64,000 bases of DNA, taken from an uncultured beta proteobacterium (GTDB lineage Bacteria; Pseudomonadota; Gammaproteobacteria; Burkholderiales; Burkholderiaceae_D). Numbering within the stretch: position 1 is the first letter of the stretch; each line of letters starts with the position of its first letter. A program made the position numbers and the translations under genes. Location: the NCBI GenBank assembly GCA_942492925.1, contig OW818641.1, positions 480,461 to 544,460 on the forward strand. Reading direction: 5' to 3'. The notes under the pieces were generated by a model. It saw nothing but the letters and a program-made list of their open reading frames with translations. It ran no database searches and had not been told where the DNA came from. Positions 10,054-20,595 of the stretch are shown in pieces.

Positions 10054-10323
10054 ATGATTCGTACAGACATTGAAATTATTAACAAGCTGGGCTTGCACGC
10101 ACGCGCCTCGGCCAAGTTCACGCAGTTGGCCGCCAAATTCAAAAGCGAGGTTTGGCTCACGCGGAACAAGCAGCGCATCAACGCCAAGTCGATCATGGGG
10201 GTCATGATGCTGGCGGCAGGGCAAGGCGCCAGGCTGGAGATGGAAGTCAATGGCGAGGATGAAAAAGAATGCGTCGAAGCGTTACGGGCGCTGATCAATG
10301 ATCGTTTTGATGAAGAAGAATAA
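10054..10323 (+). CDS. ptsH: Phosphocarrier protein HPr
   Basis: 89 aa with the NKLGLHARASAKF active-site His motif. Confidence 0.93.
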   Translation: MIRTDIEIINKLGLHARASAKFTQLAAKFKSEVWLTRNKQRINAKSIMGVMMLAAGQGARLEMEVNGEDEKECVEALRALINDRFDEEE

Positions 10324-10333
10324 GTAAAGCAGC

Positions 10334-12082
10334 ATGGCCTCTTTCACCCTCCACGGTATCCCGGTTTCAGGTGGCGTCGCGATAGGACGTGCGCACCTGA
10401 TTGCGCCGGCTGCGCTGGATGTGCAGCACTACCTGATCGCGCAGGAGCAAGTGGAAGCCGAAGTGCAGCGACTGGAAAATGCCGTTGCCACCGTCCAGCG
10501 GGATCTGGAAACGATCTGGACGGACATGCCGAAAGATGCCCCGACGGAATTGCGCGCCTTGCTCGACGTGCATGCGATGATCCTTTCCGACCCCATGATT
10601 TCTGAAGCCCCGCTCAATACCATTCGTCAGCGACGCTACAATGCCGAGTGGGCACTGGTGACCCAGATCGATGAACTGGTCGCTCAGTTTGACGAAATCG
10701 AAGAGCCGTATCTGCGTGAGCGCAAGGCGGACATTCAGCAAATTGCAGAGCGCGTATTGAAAGCGCTGACAGGCAGTGCCAAATCATTGCGCCTTCCCGA
10801 TGACGATCCGGAGCAGGCCCAAATGGTGGTCGTCGCCCACGACATTTCACCGGCTGACATGATGCAGTTTCGCGGCCATACCTTCAGCGGATTCCTGACG
10901 GACCTGGGCGCGCAGCAATCGCATACTGCTATTGTGGCGCGCAGCTTGAATATTCCCGCCGTAGTCGGGATGTCGAATGCCTCCGATTTGATAGAGCAAG
11001 ACGATTGGGTTGTTATTGATGGTGATGCCGGCGTCGTGATTGTGGACCCCTCGCCGCTGGTGCTCGATTATTATCGCGCGCGTCAGGCGAGCTTGCAAAA
11101 AGCCAGGAAAAAACTCAATAAGCTCAAGAAAAGCGCCGCCGTCACACTGGACGGTACGCCGATCACACTGCTGGCCAACATTGAGTTGCCGGAGGATTGT
11201 CATGCCGCGATGGATGTGGGCGCCAATGGCATTGGTCTGTTTCGCTCCGAATTTCTGTTTTTGGGCCGTCCGGCGGGTGTTAGCAAGATGCCGGGGGAGG
11301 ATGAACAGTTCGAAGCCTACCGCAAGGCCGTGGAGTTGATGCGCGGCCGTCCGGTGACGATCCGCACGCTGGATATCGGCGGCGACAAGCCGCTGGATCC
11401 GGATGAACAGACGGAGCTGAACCCGGCGCTGGGACTGCGGGCGATCCGCTACTGTCTGTCCGAACCCAAAATTTTCATGACGCAATTGCGCGCGATCTTG
11501 CGCGCGTCGGCCTACGGGAAAGTGAAGCTGCTCATTCCGATGATTTCGCATGCCTTTGAAATTGATCAGACGCTGGCGATGCTGGAACAAGCGAAGTCGC
11601 AGTTGCGCGCGATGGGTGAAAAATTCGACGCCAACCTCGAAGTGGGCGCGATGATCGAAATCCCGGCAGCGGTGCTGTCGCTGCCGATGTTCATCAGCCG
11701 TCTCGACTTTTTATCGATCGGTACGAACGATTTGATTCAATACACGCTGGCGATTGATCGCGCGGACCGCGAGGTGGCCCATCTGTACAACCCGCTGCAT
11801 CCAGCTGTGTTGCAGCTGCTGTCCATGACGATTCGCGCGGGGGAAAAAAGCGGTATACCGCTTTCGGTTTGCGGCGAAGTGGCGGGCGACCCGCGCTTGA
11901 CCAAGCTGATGCTGGGGATGGGCTTGCGCGAGTTTTCCATCCAGCCGTCGCAGATTTTGGGGGTGAAGCAGGAAGTGGCAAACAGCGATTTGACCCGCCT
12001 GGCATCGAAAGCCAAAAAAATCCTGAACCTGACGGAACCGGCAGCGATCGAACACGAGGTGTATCAGCTGAAATCGCTCTAA
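10334..12082 (+). CDS. ptsI: Phosphoenolpyruvate-protein phosphotransferase (Enzyme I)
   Basis: 582 aa with the GAQQSHTAIVARSL phospho-His motif and a PEP-utilising C-terminal domain (SIGTNDLIQY, CGE.AGDP). Confidence 0.95.
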   Translation: MASFTLHGIPVSGGVAIGRAHLIAPAALDVQHYLIAQEQVEAEVQRLENAVATVQRDLETIWTDMPKDAPTELRALLDVHAMILSDPMISEAPLNTIRQRRYNAEWALVTQIDELVAQFDEIEEPYLRERKADIQQIAERVLKALTGSAKSLRLPDDDPEQAQMVVVAHDISPADMMQFRGHTFSGFLTDLGAQQSHTAIVARSLNIPAVVGMSNASDLIEQDDWVVIDGDAGVVIVDPSPLVLDYYRARQASLQKARKKLNKLKKSAAVTLDGTPITLLANIELPEDCHAAMDVGANGIGLFRSEFLFLGRPAGVSKMPGEDEQFEAYRKAVELMRGRPVTIRTLDIGGDKPLDPDEQTELNPALGLRAIRYCLSEPKIFMTQLRAILRASAYGKVKLLIPMISHAFEIDQTLAMLEQAKSQLRAMGEKFDANLEVGAMIEIPAAVLSLPMFISRLDFLSIGTNDLIQYTLAIDRADREVAHLYNPLHPAVLQLLSMTIRAGEKSGIPLSVCGEVAGDPRLTKLMLGMGLREFSIQPSQILGVKQEVANSDLTRLASKAKKILNLTEPAAIEHEVYQLKSL

Positions 12083-12096
12083 CCCGGCGGTCGGAA

Positions 12097-12122
12097 GCGG
12101 GCGTTTTGGCCCGCCGTTTTTT
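12097..12122 (+). terminator. Rho-independent terminator after ptsI
   Basis: GCGGGC-GTTTTG-GCCCGC is followed by CGTTTTTT. Confidence 0.75.
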
Positions 12123-12226
12123 GAGGTACAATGCATTGCGCCGATTTGAACCGAGGAACCCGTTTCCTTCAGCTTGCGGGCGCAGGGGATTCCCCGAATA
12201 AATGCGGCTAAAGCGAGCTTGAAACA

Positions 12227-12266
12227 AGCCCGATTTTGCCAGCCGCGATCGGGCTTTTTTGTTTTT
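12227..12266 (+). terminator. Intrinsic terminator inside the metX leader, a possible attenuator or riboswitch expression platform
   Basis: AGCCCGAT-N13-ATCGGGCT is followed by TTTTTTGTTTTT. It ends about 62 nt upstream of the metX ATG. Confidence 0.7.
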
Positions 12267-12327
12267 AATAATTGCGGGACAGCGTTAAGTAAAGCGTACT
12301 CTGTCCTCAACAGATCAGTAAACGAAT

Positions 12328-13478
<1,151 letters not shown>

Positions 13479-13482
<4 letters not shown>

Positions 13483-14069
13483 AAAAAACCTCCTTGCGCG
13501 CTGATCTGGCCTTCATTTCGCAACGCATTGCACCCAACGCGCACGTGCTCGACATCGGTTGCGGCGACGGCGTAATGCTGGAGCATTTGCACACCGTCAA
13601 AGGCTGCACCGGTTACGGCATTGAAATCGACCCGGAAAAAATTCTGGCCTGTGCGCGACGCGGCATCAATGTGATCGAACACAACATGGAAAAAGGCCTC
13701 GGTCTGTTTGCCGACGACTCTTTCGATACGGTGCTGTGTCTCTCGTCTTTGCAGATGATGAAGAATGTCGAAGGTTTGCTGCAAGATTTTGCGCGTGTCG
13801 GGCGCGAAACCATCGTGTCCTTCCCGAATTTTGCGTACTGGCCGCATCGCATCGCGCTGATGCGTGGGCGCATGCCGGTGTCCGATGCCTTGCCTTACGA
13901 TTGGTACGACACGCCGAACGTGCGCTGTGCGACGATTCGCGATTTCACCGAACTGGCCAACCGCGTTGGCCTGAAAGTGCTCGAATGCGTGGCGCTGCAC
14001 GAAGGAAAGCCGGTGCACTTCCTGCCGAACATGCGCGGCACGCTGGCTGTGTTCCGGCTCCGAAAATAA
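13479..14069 (+). CDS. metW: Methionine biosynthesis protein MetW
   Basis: 196 aa with VLDIGCGDG (a SAM-MTase-like fold) and the typical MetW C-terminus ...[10 protein letters not shown]. It is coupled to metX. Confidence 0.92.
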
Positions 14070-14084
14070 TCCTCATTCGCGGAC

Positions 14085-15326
14085 ATGACCGATAAAAAAA
14101 TAAGCTGGCGGGAGGCACTGAATTACCGCACGCTGATTTGCGTTTTTCTCGGTTTCACGTCCGGTTTGCCGCTGTTCATTCTGCTCTCGCTGTTGCAGGC
14201 GTGGCTCGCCAAGCTGGGGCTGGATGTCAAATCACTCGGCCTCTTTGCGCTGGTGATGTTCCCGTACACGTGGAAATTTCTCTGGTCGCCGCTGATGGAT
14301 CGTTTCAGCTTCGGCAAACTCGGGCGCCGTCGCGGCTGGATGGCGGTCACGCAGGTTGCGCTCTTCATTGCGATCGGCGCACTGGGCATGCTCGATCCCT
14401 TGGAGAATTTGGCGCTGGTGGCGGCGATGGCCGCGCTCATTGCGTTTCTCTCCGCCAGTCAGGATATCGTGATCGATGCGTATCGACGCGAGCTGTTGCC
14501 GGACAATGAGCAGGGGCTGGGTAGCGCGGTGCACGTCAATGCGTACAAGGTGGCGGGGCTCGTGCCGGGCGCACTGTCGCTGATTCTCGCGGACATGATG
14601 CCGTGGTCGATGGTGTTCTGGATCACGGCAGCTTTCATGTTGCCCGGTTTCATTTGCACGCTGCTGGTGAAAGAACCGGAAATTTATGGCAAGCCGCCCG
14701 CGAACATTCGCGAAGCGGTCGTGCTGCCGTTCCAAGAGTTCATCGCGCGCGATGGCTGGAAAGGCGCCCTACTCGTACTGGCCTTCATTTTCTTTTACAA
14801 GCTTGGCGACAGTCTCGCGACGGCACTCGCCACCAAGTTTTATCTCGACATGGGTTTTACCATGACGCAGATCGGCGTCATCGCCAAGACTTCTGGCTTC
14901 TGGGCCAGCATTATCGGCGGCTTGCTCGGCGGGCTGTGGATGATCCAGCTCGGCATCAATCGCGCGCTGTGGGTCTTTGGCGTGGTGCAGGCCGTGGCGA
15001 TTCTCGGCTTTTCGTGGCTCTCGCTTGTCGGTGCCGATCCGCTGGTGCTCGCGCTCGTGATCGGCGCGGAAGCGTTCGGCGTGGGGCTGGGGACCACGGC
15101 CTTTGTCGCCTACATCGCACGCACCACCGATCCGCGTTACACCGCCACGCAGTTTGCGCTCTTCACCAGTTTGATGGCAGTGCCGCGCACGTTCATCAAT
15201 GCGTCGGCCGGTTTCATTGTCGATCAGACGGGCTGGTTCATGTTTTTCAATTTTTGTTTCTTGCTGGCGATTCCCGGCATGTTGTTGTTGCCGAAGGTGG
15301 CGCCATGGAAGGACAATGGGCAGTAG
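14085..15326 (+). CDS. ampG: AmpG-family muropeptide/MFS permease
   Basis: 413 aa and highly hydrophobic, with the AmpG-type motifs GFTSGLPL and PLMDRF..GKLGRRRGW. Confidence 0.88.
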   Translation: MTDKKISWREALNYRTLICVFLGFTSGLPLFILLSLLQAWLAKLGLDVKSLGLFALVMFPYTWKFLWSPLMDRFSFGKLGRRRGWMAVTQVALFIAIGALGMLDPLENLALVAAMAALIAFLSASQDIVIDAYRRELLPDNEQGLGSAVHVNAYKVAGLVPGALSLILADMMPWSMVFWITAAFMLPGFICTLLVKEPEIYGKPPANIREAVVLPFQEFIARDGWKGALLVLAFIFFYKLGDSLATALATKFYLDMGFTMTQIGVIAKTSGFWASIIGGLLGGLWMIQLGINRALWVFGVVQAVAILGFSWLSLVGADPLVLALVIGAEAFGVGLGTTAFVAYIARTTDPRYTATQFALFTSLMAVPRTFINASAGFIVDQTGWFMFFNFCFLLAIPGMLLLPKVAPWKDNGQ

Positions 15327-15436
15327 CCCGTTGCGGCGTAGGCTAACATGAGCGTAGCGAATGTTAAGCGAAGCGGCCGGAGTCAAAAGGGCTAGGGGTG
15401 CGGCGTTCGCAAGATCCGCGAATGGATTTTGTGTAG

Positions 15437-15454
15437 GTCGGCCTTCAGGCCGAC
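15437..15454. repeat. REP-like palindrome GTCGGCC-TTCA-GGCCGAC
   Basis: A perfect 7-bp stem was read directly. It lies just upstream of repeat copy B, in the same way that the palindrome at 612-634 precedes copy A. Confidence 0.55.
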
Positions 15455-15477
15455 GCAGCATTTAAATCGTGCAGTAG

Positions 15478-15755
15478 TTTGAACTTGCCGGGGGTAGCCC
15501 GGCAGCTACTTACCTTTCTTGTCTCGCCAAGAAAGGTAAGCCAAAGAAGTCGACCGCGAGACGCGCCCTTCGGGGCTTCGCCCGCTGCCAGTGCAGCAAA
15601 AGCGGGACGCAAAAAAACTCGCTTCGCTCAAACAGTTTTTGCGTCTAATCCGCTTTTGCTTTCTGCCAGCGGCAGCGTCTAAGCGGAGGAATGCGGCGCA
15701 GTAAAGTTTGCCATTTCAGAAAATAAATCGAAGCTGAGCTAACCCCTAGGGCTTT
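15478..15755 (+). repeat. Copy B of the ~260-bp structured intergenic repeat
   Basis: It is collinear with 672-930. Hairpins H2 (15509-15540) and H3 (15598-15657) are conserved in structure but differ in sequence by paired substitutions. It ends at the stop codon of the AT-rich orphan gene. Confidence 0.8.
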
Positions 15756-16599
15756 AGCAAATTTTATGAAGCAGTTTTAGATATTCAGTTTCAGACAGTG
15801 ATGGGAAAAGGGAGTTTAAAAATTTAAGTTTTATGTTGACGCCACGAGCGGTCAATTCCACTTCATGAATGAGCAACCCTTCAAGAAAATCACGTAAGCC
15901 CTCATCAAGAGTGAGAAAGCATATTTTGAGATTGGAGTCGCAAAGCTGATTCGCTACAGCTTTTACACACGATATCTTTGAAATGATCAGTAAATCATTG
16001 AGTACATTAAATATATTGGCTGGCGTTATGTGTGGTTTCAATATATTTCTAGCTGCATTTCCTTCATGTAGGCAGGATAAACAGGCAACGACAATAGTGC
16101 TGCCTGTGTAGATTGAGTGTTTTCTCGCGAGATGGATGATTTGGCTTTCGACCACAGGTCTTTTTTGGGTGGGCACTTTGTTTTTAATTAACTTAAATGC
16201 TTCTTCTAAGAACGCAGCGTAGTTTGTCCAGTATTCCTCCCTGTATTCTGTGAATGTAGATGCGAATTTATTTTTATGAATTTGAAGGAAGTCGCAATCA
16301 GTGCGCGCAAAACTGAAAAAATGTCTAAGCGCCTCTGCTTCTTTATCTAGCGTGATTGTTTTTTCTTCGAAAGATTCCTTTTTACCTAGCTGTCCTTCAA
16401 TCAAAGAGAGGATGGGGCTAATTGCACTTGCCGGTGTATCGATTCTCCTCAGGGTGCGAAGCATTTCGAGCTTTTTTTGATCATTCGTTTCTTTTCCATT
16501 TTTTGCGGCTTTAATAAGAGAAACGATGTTGCGATCTAGGAGAAAAAGTATTTGGGCGCTTATATTGACCCCTTCTCCAATAAATGCTGGTGGCCCCAT
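15754..16599 (-). CDS. AT-rich orphan protein of 281 aa with unknown function and possible PIN-like nuclease residue spacing
   Basis: It is a long uninterrupted ORF in a stretch that is visibly much more AT-rich than its neighbours. The ATG at 16599 is only 7 nt after the yjdM stop. I recognise no family; see the findings. Confidence 0.65.
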   Translation of the reverse strand: MGPPAFIGEGVNISAQILFLLDRNIVSLIKAAKNGKETNDQKKLEMLRTLRRIDTPASAISPILSLIEGQLGKKESFEEKTITLDKEAEALRHFFSFARTDCDFLQIHKNKFASTFTEYREEYWTNYAAFLEEAFKLIKNKVPTQKRPVVESQIIHLARKHSIYTGSTIVVACLSCLHEGNAARNILKPHITPANIFNVLNDLLIISKISCVKAVANQLCDSNLKICFLTLDEGLRDFLEGLLIHEVELTARGVNIKLKFLNSLFPSLSETEYLKLLHKIC

Positions 16600-16606
16600 C
16601 AATTCT

Positions 16607-16948
16607 CTAAGCCTTCCTCACAAACTCCGACTTGAGTTTCATCGGCCCGATGCCGTCAATCTTGCAGTCGATGTCGTGATCGCCTTCGACGAGGCGAATG
16701 TTGCGCACCTTGGTGCCGACCTTGACGACTTGCGATGAGCCCTTGATTTTCAAATCCTTGATGACGGTGATGGTGTCGCCGTCTTGCAGCACGTTGCCGC
16801 TGGCATCCTTGTACACTTTCGCGACTTCTTCCGCAGGCGCGGCGGCGGTGGCCGACCATTCATGGCCGCATTCCGGGCAAACGAGGTTGGTGCCGTCTTC
16901 ATAGGTGAGGGTGGATTGGCATTTGGGGCAGTTTGGTAATTGACTCAT
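16607..16948 (-). CDS. yjdM: YjdM/PhnA-family zinc-ribbon protein
   Basis: 113 aa with a CPKC...CPEC zinc ribbon, followed by the conserved ...[41 protein letters not shown]. block. Confidence 0.92.
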   Translation of the reverse strand: MSQLPNCPKCQSTLTYEDGTNLVCPECGHEWSATAAAPAEEVAKVYKDASGNVLQDGDTITVIKDLKIKGSSQVVKVGTKVRNIRLVEGDHDIDCKIDGIGPMKLKSEFVRKA

Positions 16949-17235
16949 CGTTTCATCTCAACTTCATAGGGGGTTAACGGGTTATGGATTGCCTGATCGG
17001 TCGCCTGTCGATTATTTATTGCGCGCCTTATTGATCAGCTAACGCATCATAACATCGCCGACACCCCCTTAACGTCGGGGATCTGCCTCTTGATGTGCGT
17101 TGCGGCATATATTTGTTGCGCCTCTTTCATGTGAGAGGCACAAAACGCGTAAAACCCCTCCCGAATGCAATAAAATAGCGGTTTGGCGCCATTTCAGGCG
17201 CTTGCCATTTTGAATATGCAGCCCAAGGAGACATC

Positions 17236-18435
17236 ATGACGTACCAGTTTTTGGAAATGCCGGACAAGAACGGCTACTTCGGTGAATACGGCGGCCAGAT
17301 CGTTCCGCCGGAACTCAAGGCCATCATGGATCAAATCAGCGAGGCCTACGAAACCGTTCGGCAAACCAAGGCGTTTCAGGATGAACTGGCGGATTTGTAC
17401 AAATATTATGTGGGCCGTCCGAGCCCGCTGTATTTCGCCAAGCGCCTGACGGCACGTCAGGGCGGCGCGCGCATTTTTCTCAAGCGCGAAGATTTGAACC
17501 ACACGGGCGCGCACAAAATCAATCACTGTCTCGGTCAGGCCTTGCTGGCGAAGTACATGGGCAAGACCAAAGTGCTGGCAGAAACCGGCGCAGGTCAGCA
17601 TGGCGTGGCGCTGGCTACCGCATGCGCGCTGGTCGGCTTGCCCTGCGAAATTCATATGGGCGAAGTGGATATCAAGAAAGAGCATCCGAACGTCACCAAG
17701 ATGAAAATCCTCGGTTGCAAAGTGATTTCCGTCACGCGCGGCACGAAGACGCTGAAAGATGCGGTGGACAGCGCGTTCGACGAATACTTGAAAGACCCGG
17801 TGAATTTTCTGTATGCGATTGGTTCCGTCGTCGGCCCGCATCCTTTCCCGAAGATGGTGCGCGATTTCCAGAGCATCGTGGGCAAGGAAGCGCGTGCGCA
17901 ATTCCTGGAGCGCGAAGGCCGGCTGCCGGACATCGTGACGGCTTGCGTGGGGGGCGGATCGAATGCCATCGGCATGTTCACTGAATTTCTGCCGGACGAA
18001 GGTGTGAAACTGGTTGGCGTGGAACCGGGTGGCAAGGGCTTGAATACACCGGATCATGCGGCGACGATGACGCTGGGAACCAAGGGTACGATTCATGGCT
18101 TCAAGTGTTATACGCTGCAAGACGCTAACGGTGTGCCGCTGCCCGTGCATTCGATTGCATCCGGTCTGGATTATCCGGGCGTGGGTCCGCAACATTGCTA
18201 CCTGAAAGATATCGGTCGCGCGCAGTACGAATCGATCACTGATGACGAATGTCTGGATGCGTTCATCACGCTCTCACGCACAGAAGGCATCATCCCCGCG
18301 CTGGAAAGTTCGCACGCCGTGGCGTACGCGATGAAGCTCGCCAAGACGCTGCCGAAGGACAAGACCATCCTCGTGAACCTTTCAGGTCGCGGCGACAAGG
18401 ATGCCGACTTCGTTTCGGAAAAACTGGGTTTGTAA
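17236..18435 (+). CDS. trpB: Tryptophan synthase beta chain, a stand-alone copy with no adjacent trpA
   Basis: 399 aa with ...[13 protein letters not shown]..., the PLP-lysine motif HTGAHKIN, and GGGSNAIG. Confidence 0.9.
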   Translation: MTYQFLEMPDKNGYFGEYGGQIVPPELKAIMDQISEAYETVRQTKAFQDELADLYKYYVGRPSPLYFAKRLTARQGGARIFLKREDLNHTGAHKINHCLGQALLAKYMGKTKVLAETGAGQHGVALATACALVGLPCEIHMGEVDIKKEHPNVTKMKILGCKVISVTRGTKTLKDAVDSAFDEYLKDPVNFLYAIGSVVGPHPFPKMVRDFQSIVGKEARAQFLEREGRLPDIVTACVGGGSNAIGMFTEFLPDEGVKLVGVEPGGKGLNTPDHAATMTLGTKGTIHGFKCYTLQDANGVPLPVHSIASGLDYPGVGPQHCYLKDIGRAQYESITDDECLDAFITLSRTEGIIPALESSHAVAYAMKLAKTLPKDKTILVNLSGRGDKDADFVSEKLGL

Positions 18436-18451
18436 TCGACCGTCTTCAATT

Positions 18452-18491
18452 AAAAAAGCCGCCCAGGGTTAATGCCTCGGGCGGCTTTTTT
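18452..18491. terminator. Bidirectional rho-independent terminator between convergent trpB and cheV
   Basis: A6-AGCCGCCC...GGGCGGCT-T6. Confidence 0.85.
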
Positions 18492-18502
18492 ATGCGCGCA
18501 AG

Positions 18503-19480
18503 CTATGCGGGTTCCGGTTGCTTGAGTGCGGTACGTAAGGCCAGCGCCAGTTCCGGCGCATCGAATTTGGCAACGTAGGCATCCGCGCCCACATTTTTGA
18601 CGTGGGCTTCATTGGCGCTTCCTGTGAGTGAAGAGTGAATGACCACAGGGATTTGGCTGAAGCGACTGTCGCTCTTGATGTTGCGCGTGAGTGTGAAGCC
18701 ATCCATTTCCGGCATTTCCAGATCGGTGAGCACCAGCGCCACCTTGTCGGTCACCGACGTGCCTTCGGCTTCGGCTTCCTGTAAAAGGCTGTGCAGCTTG
18801 TCCCAGGCTTCTTTGCCACTCTTGGTCATGACGAAAGGCAAGCCCATCGCCCTTAATCCTTGGTCGATCATCGCGCGCGCTACTTGCGAATCGTCTGCAG
18901 CCAGGATGACCGAACCCGGTTTCATTTTTACCGTTGCGCCGGCATTTTCAGCATCAATGGCGTTGATCGAAGACGGCGACATCATGCGCAAGATGGCTTC
19001 CACATCAAGTACCTGTACCAGTCGTGGGCTGTCCAGGCTGGCGTCGAGGCGCGCAATGCTGGTCACCATGCTGTTGGCAACACCTGCTTCTGCGGGAAGC
19101 ACCTGGTTCCAGTCCAGGCGCACGATGTCATCAACCGATTCGACGGCAAAGGCTTGCGCCGTTTGCGCGAACTCCGTCACGAGCATGATGTTCAAGCCCG
19201 TTTTGGGCGTACATCCGACGACGGAAGGCAAATCAATGACAGGAAGGACGGTGCCGCGAATGTTAACGACGCCTAGCATGTTGGGCAAGGAACCGGGAAT
19301 GGCCGTGATGGTTGGCATGGCAATAATTTCGCGGACCTTGAATACATTGATCCCAAACAGTTCAGACTCTTCTTTGCTGGCGTCGCCACCCAAACGAAAG
19401 AGGAGCAATTCGAATTTGTTGGTGCCAGCCAGGTTGGTGCGCGCATTGACTTCGTCCTGAAAAGATTTTGCATCAATCAT
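18503..19480 (-). CDS. cheV: Chemotaxis protein CheV, made of a CheW-like domain and a receiver domain
   Basis: The N-terminal part has CheW-like motifs (FGINVFKVREI..., GVVNIRGTVLPVIDL). The C-terminal part is a REC domain (ILAADDS..., LVLTDLEMPEMDG, ...SSLT). Confidence 0.9.
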   Translation of the reverse strand: MIDAKSFQDEVNARTNLAGTNKFELLLFRLGGDASKEESELFGINVFKVREIIAMPTITAIPGSLPNMLGVVNIRGTVLPVIDLPSVVGCTPKTGLNIMLVTEFAQTAQAFAVESVDDIVRLDWNQVLPAEAGVANSMVTSIARLDASLDSPRLVQVLDVEAILRMMSPSSINAIDAENAGATVKMKPGSVILAADDSQVARAMIDQGLRAMGLPFVMTKSGKEAWDKLHSLLQEAEAEGTSVTDKVALVLTDLEMPEMDGFTLTRNIKSDSRFSQIPVVIHSSLTGSANEAHVKNVGADAYVAKFDAPELALALRTALKQPEPA

Positions 19481-19812
19481 TAGCGGTTACTCCTTGCAGT
19501 TCGTGCTGCGGCGTGGGCCATTGATCAAGACTTCTTCCCAAGGGGGATCTGTAAGTCCCTCTGCGGATTATAGAGGGCCGACTCCCTCGGCACTTGAGGT
19601 TAAGCAATGTTGCTCCTAGTAATCACATGCTAGGCTGGTTTCTTCTCCCGGGCAAGGCTTACTTCTGCGTGTGTGGCTTAAAGGCTTTAGGCGCTGCTAA
19701 AACCCCACAAAGCATGCGGGAAAGCAGGTTTTTTGGAATTGTGTTTAAATGAAATTGCGCTCATCGATGAATACGTAAACCCTCACCAGCATTTAAAAAG
19801 AAGGAGAAAAAC

Positions 19813-20379
19813 ATGTCGTCTCTCATCAATACCGAAATCAAGCCTTTCAAGGCCATGGCGTTTCACAACGGTCAATTCATCAAGGTGACCGAAGCCAATC
19901 TGAAGGGCAAGTGGTCCATCGTCTTTTTCTATCCTGCGGACTTTACGTTCGTGTGCCCGACGGAACTGGGCGATCTGGCGGATCACTATGGCGAGCTGCA
20001 AAAAATGGGCGTCGAAGTGTATTCGGTTTCCACCGATACGCATTTCACCCACAAGGCGTGGCACGACACGTCCGACACGATCAAAAAAATCAAATTCCCG
20101 ATGGTGGGCGACCCGACCGGTACCCTCTCTCGCAATTTTGAAGTCATGATCGAAAGTCAGGGCATGGCCGAGCGCGGCACGTTCGTGATTGACCCGAGCG
20201 GAAAAATTCAGATCATCGAAATTAACGCGGGCGGTATTGGACGCGACGCTTCCGAGTTGCTGCGCAAGGTGAAAGCAGCGCAGTACGTGGCCACGCATCC
20301 AGGCGAAGTGTGTCCGGCCAAGTGGAAGGAAGGCGACGCAACGCTGGCGCCGTCGCTGGAACTGGTCGGCAAGATTTAA
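19813..20379 (+). CDS. ahpC: Alkyl hydroperoxide reductase subunit C (2-Cys peroxiredoxin)
   Basis: 188 aa with the peroxidatic Cys in FTFVCPTE and the resolving Cys in GEVCPAKW. Confidence 0.97.
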   Translation: MSSLINTEIKPFKAMAFHNGQFIKVTEANLKGKWSIVFFYPADFTFVCPTELGDLADHYGELQKMGVEVYSVSTDTHFTHKAWHDTSDTIKKIKFPMVGDPTGTLSRNFEVMIESQGMAERGTFVIDPSGKIQIIEINAGGIGRDASELLRKVKAAQYVATHPGEVCPAKWKEGDATLAPSLELVGKI

Positions 20380-20394
20380 CAAAACGTTTCCTGC

Positions 20395-20430
20395 GGCCCT
20401 GAACGTCATTGTTCAGGGCCTTGTCGTTTC
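20395..20430 (+). terminator. Hairpin between ahpC and ahpF, probably a partial terminator or attenuator
   Basis: GGCCCTGAAC-GTCATT-GTTCAGGGCC is followed by a T-rich tract (TTGTCGTTTC). Confidence 0.6.
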
Positions 20431-20595
20431 AAAACCGTAAAAGCAATTTGCAACATTCAAGCCCCCAGCGCAGGCTAAGGCTCAGTGAAGTTCCTTTGCG
20501 CTGCATCAATCTGGAAAGACGCCGAGATGACAGACTGGACCATACGTCATCGACATCAGTTTTAGATACGGGTCACCACAGAAAAAGAAAACATC

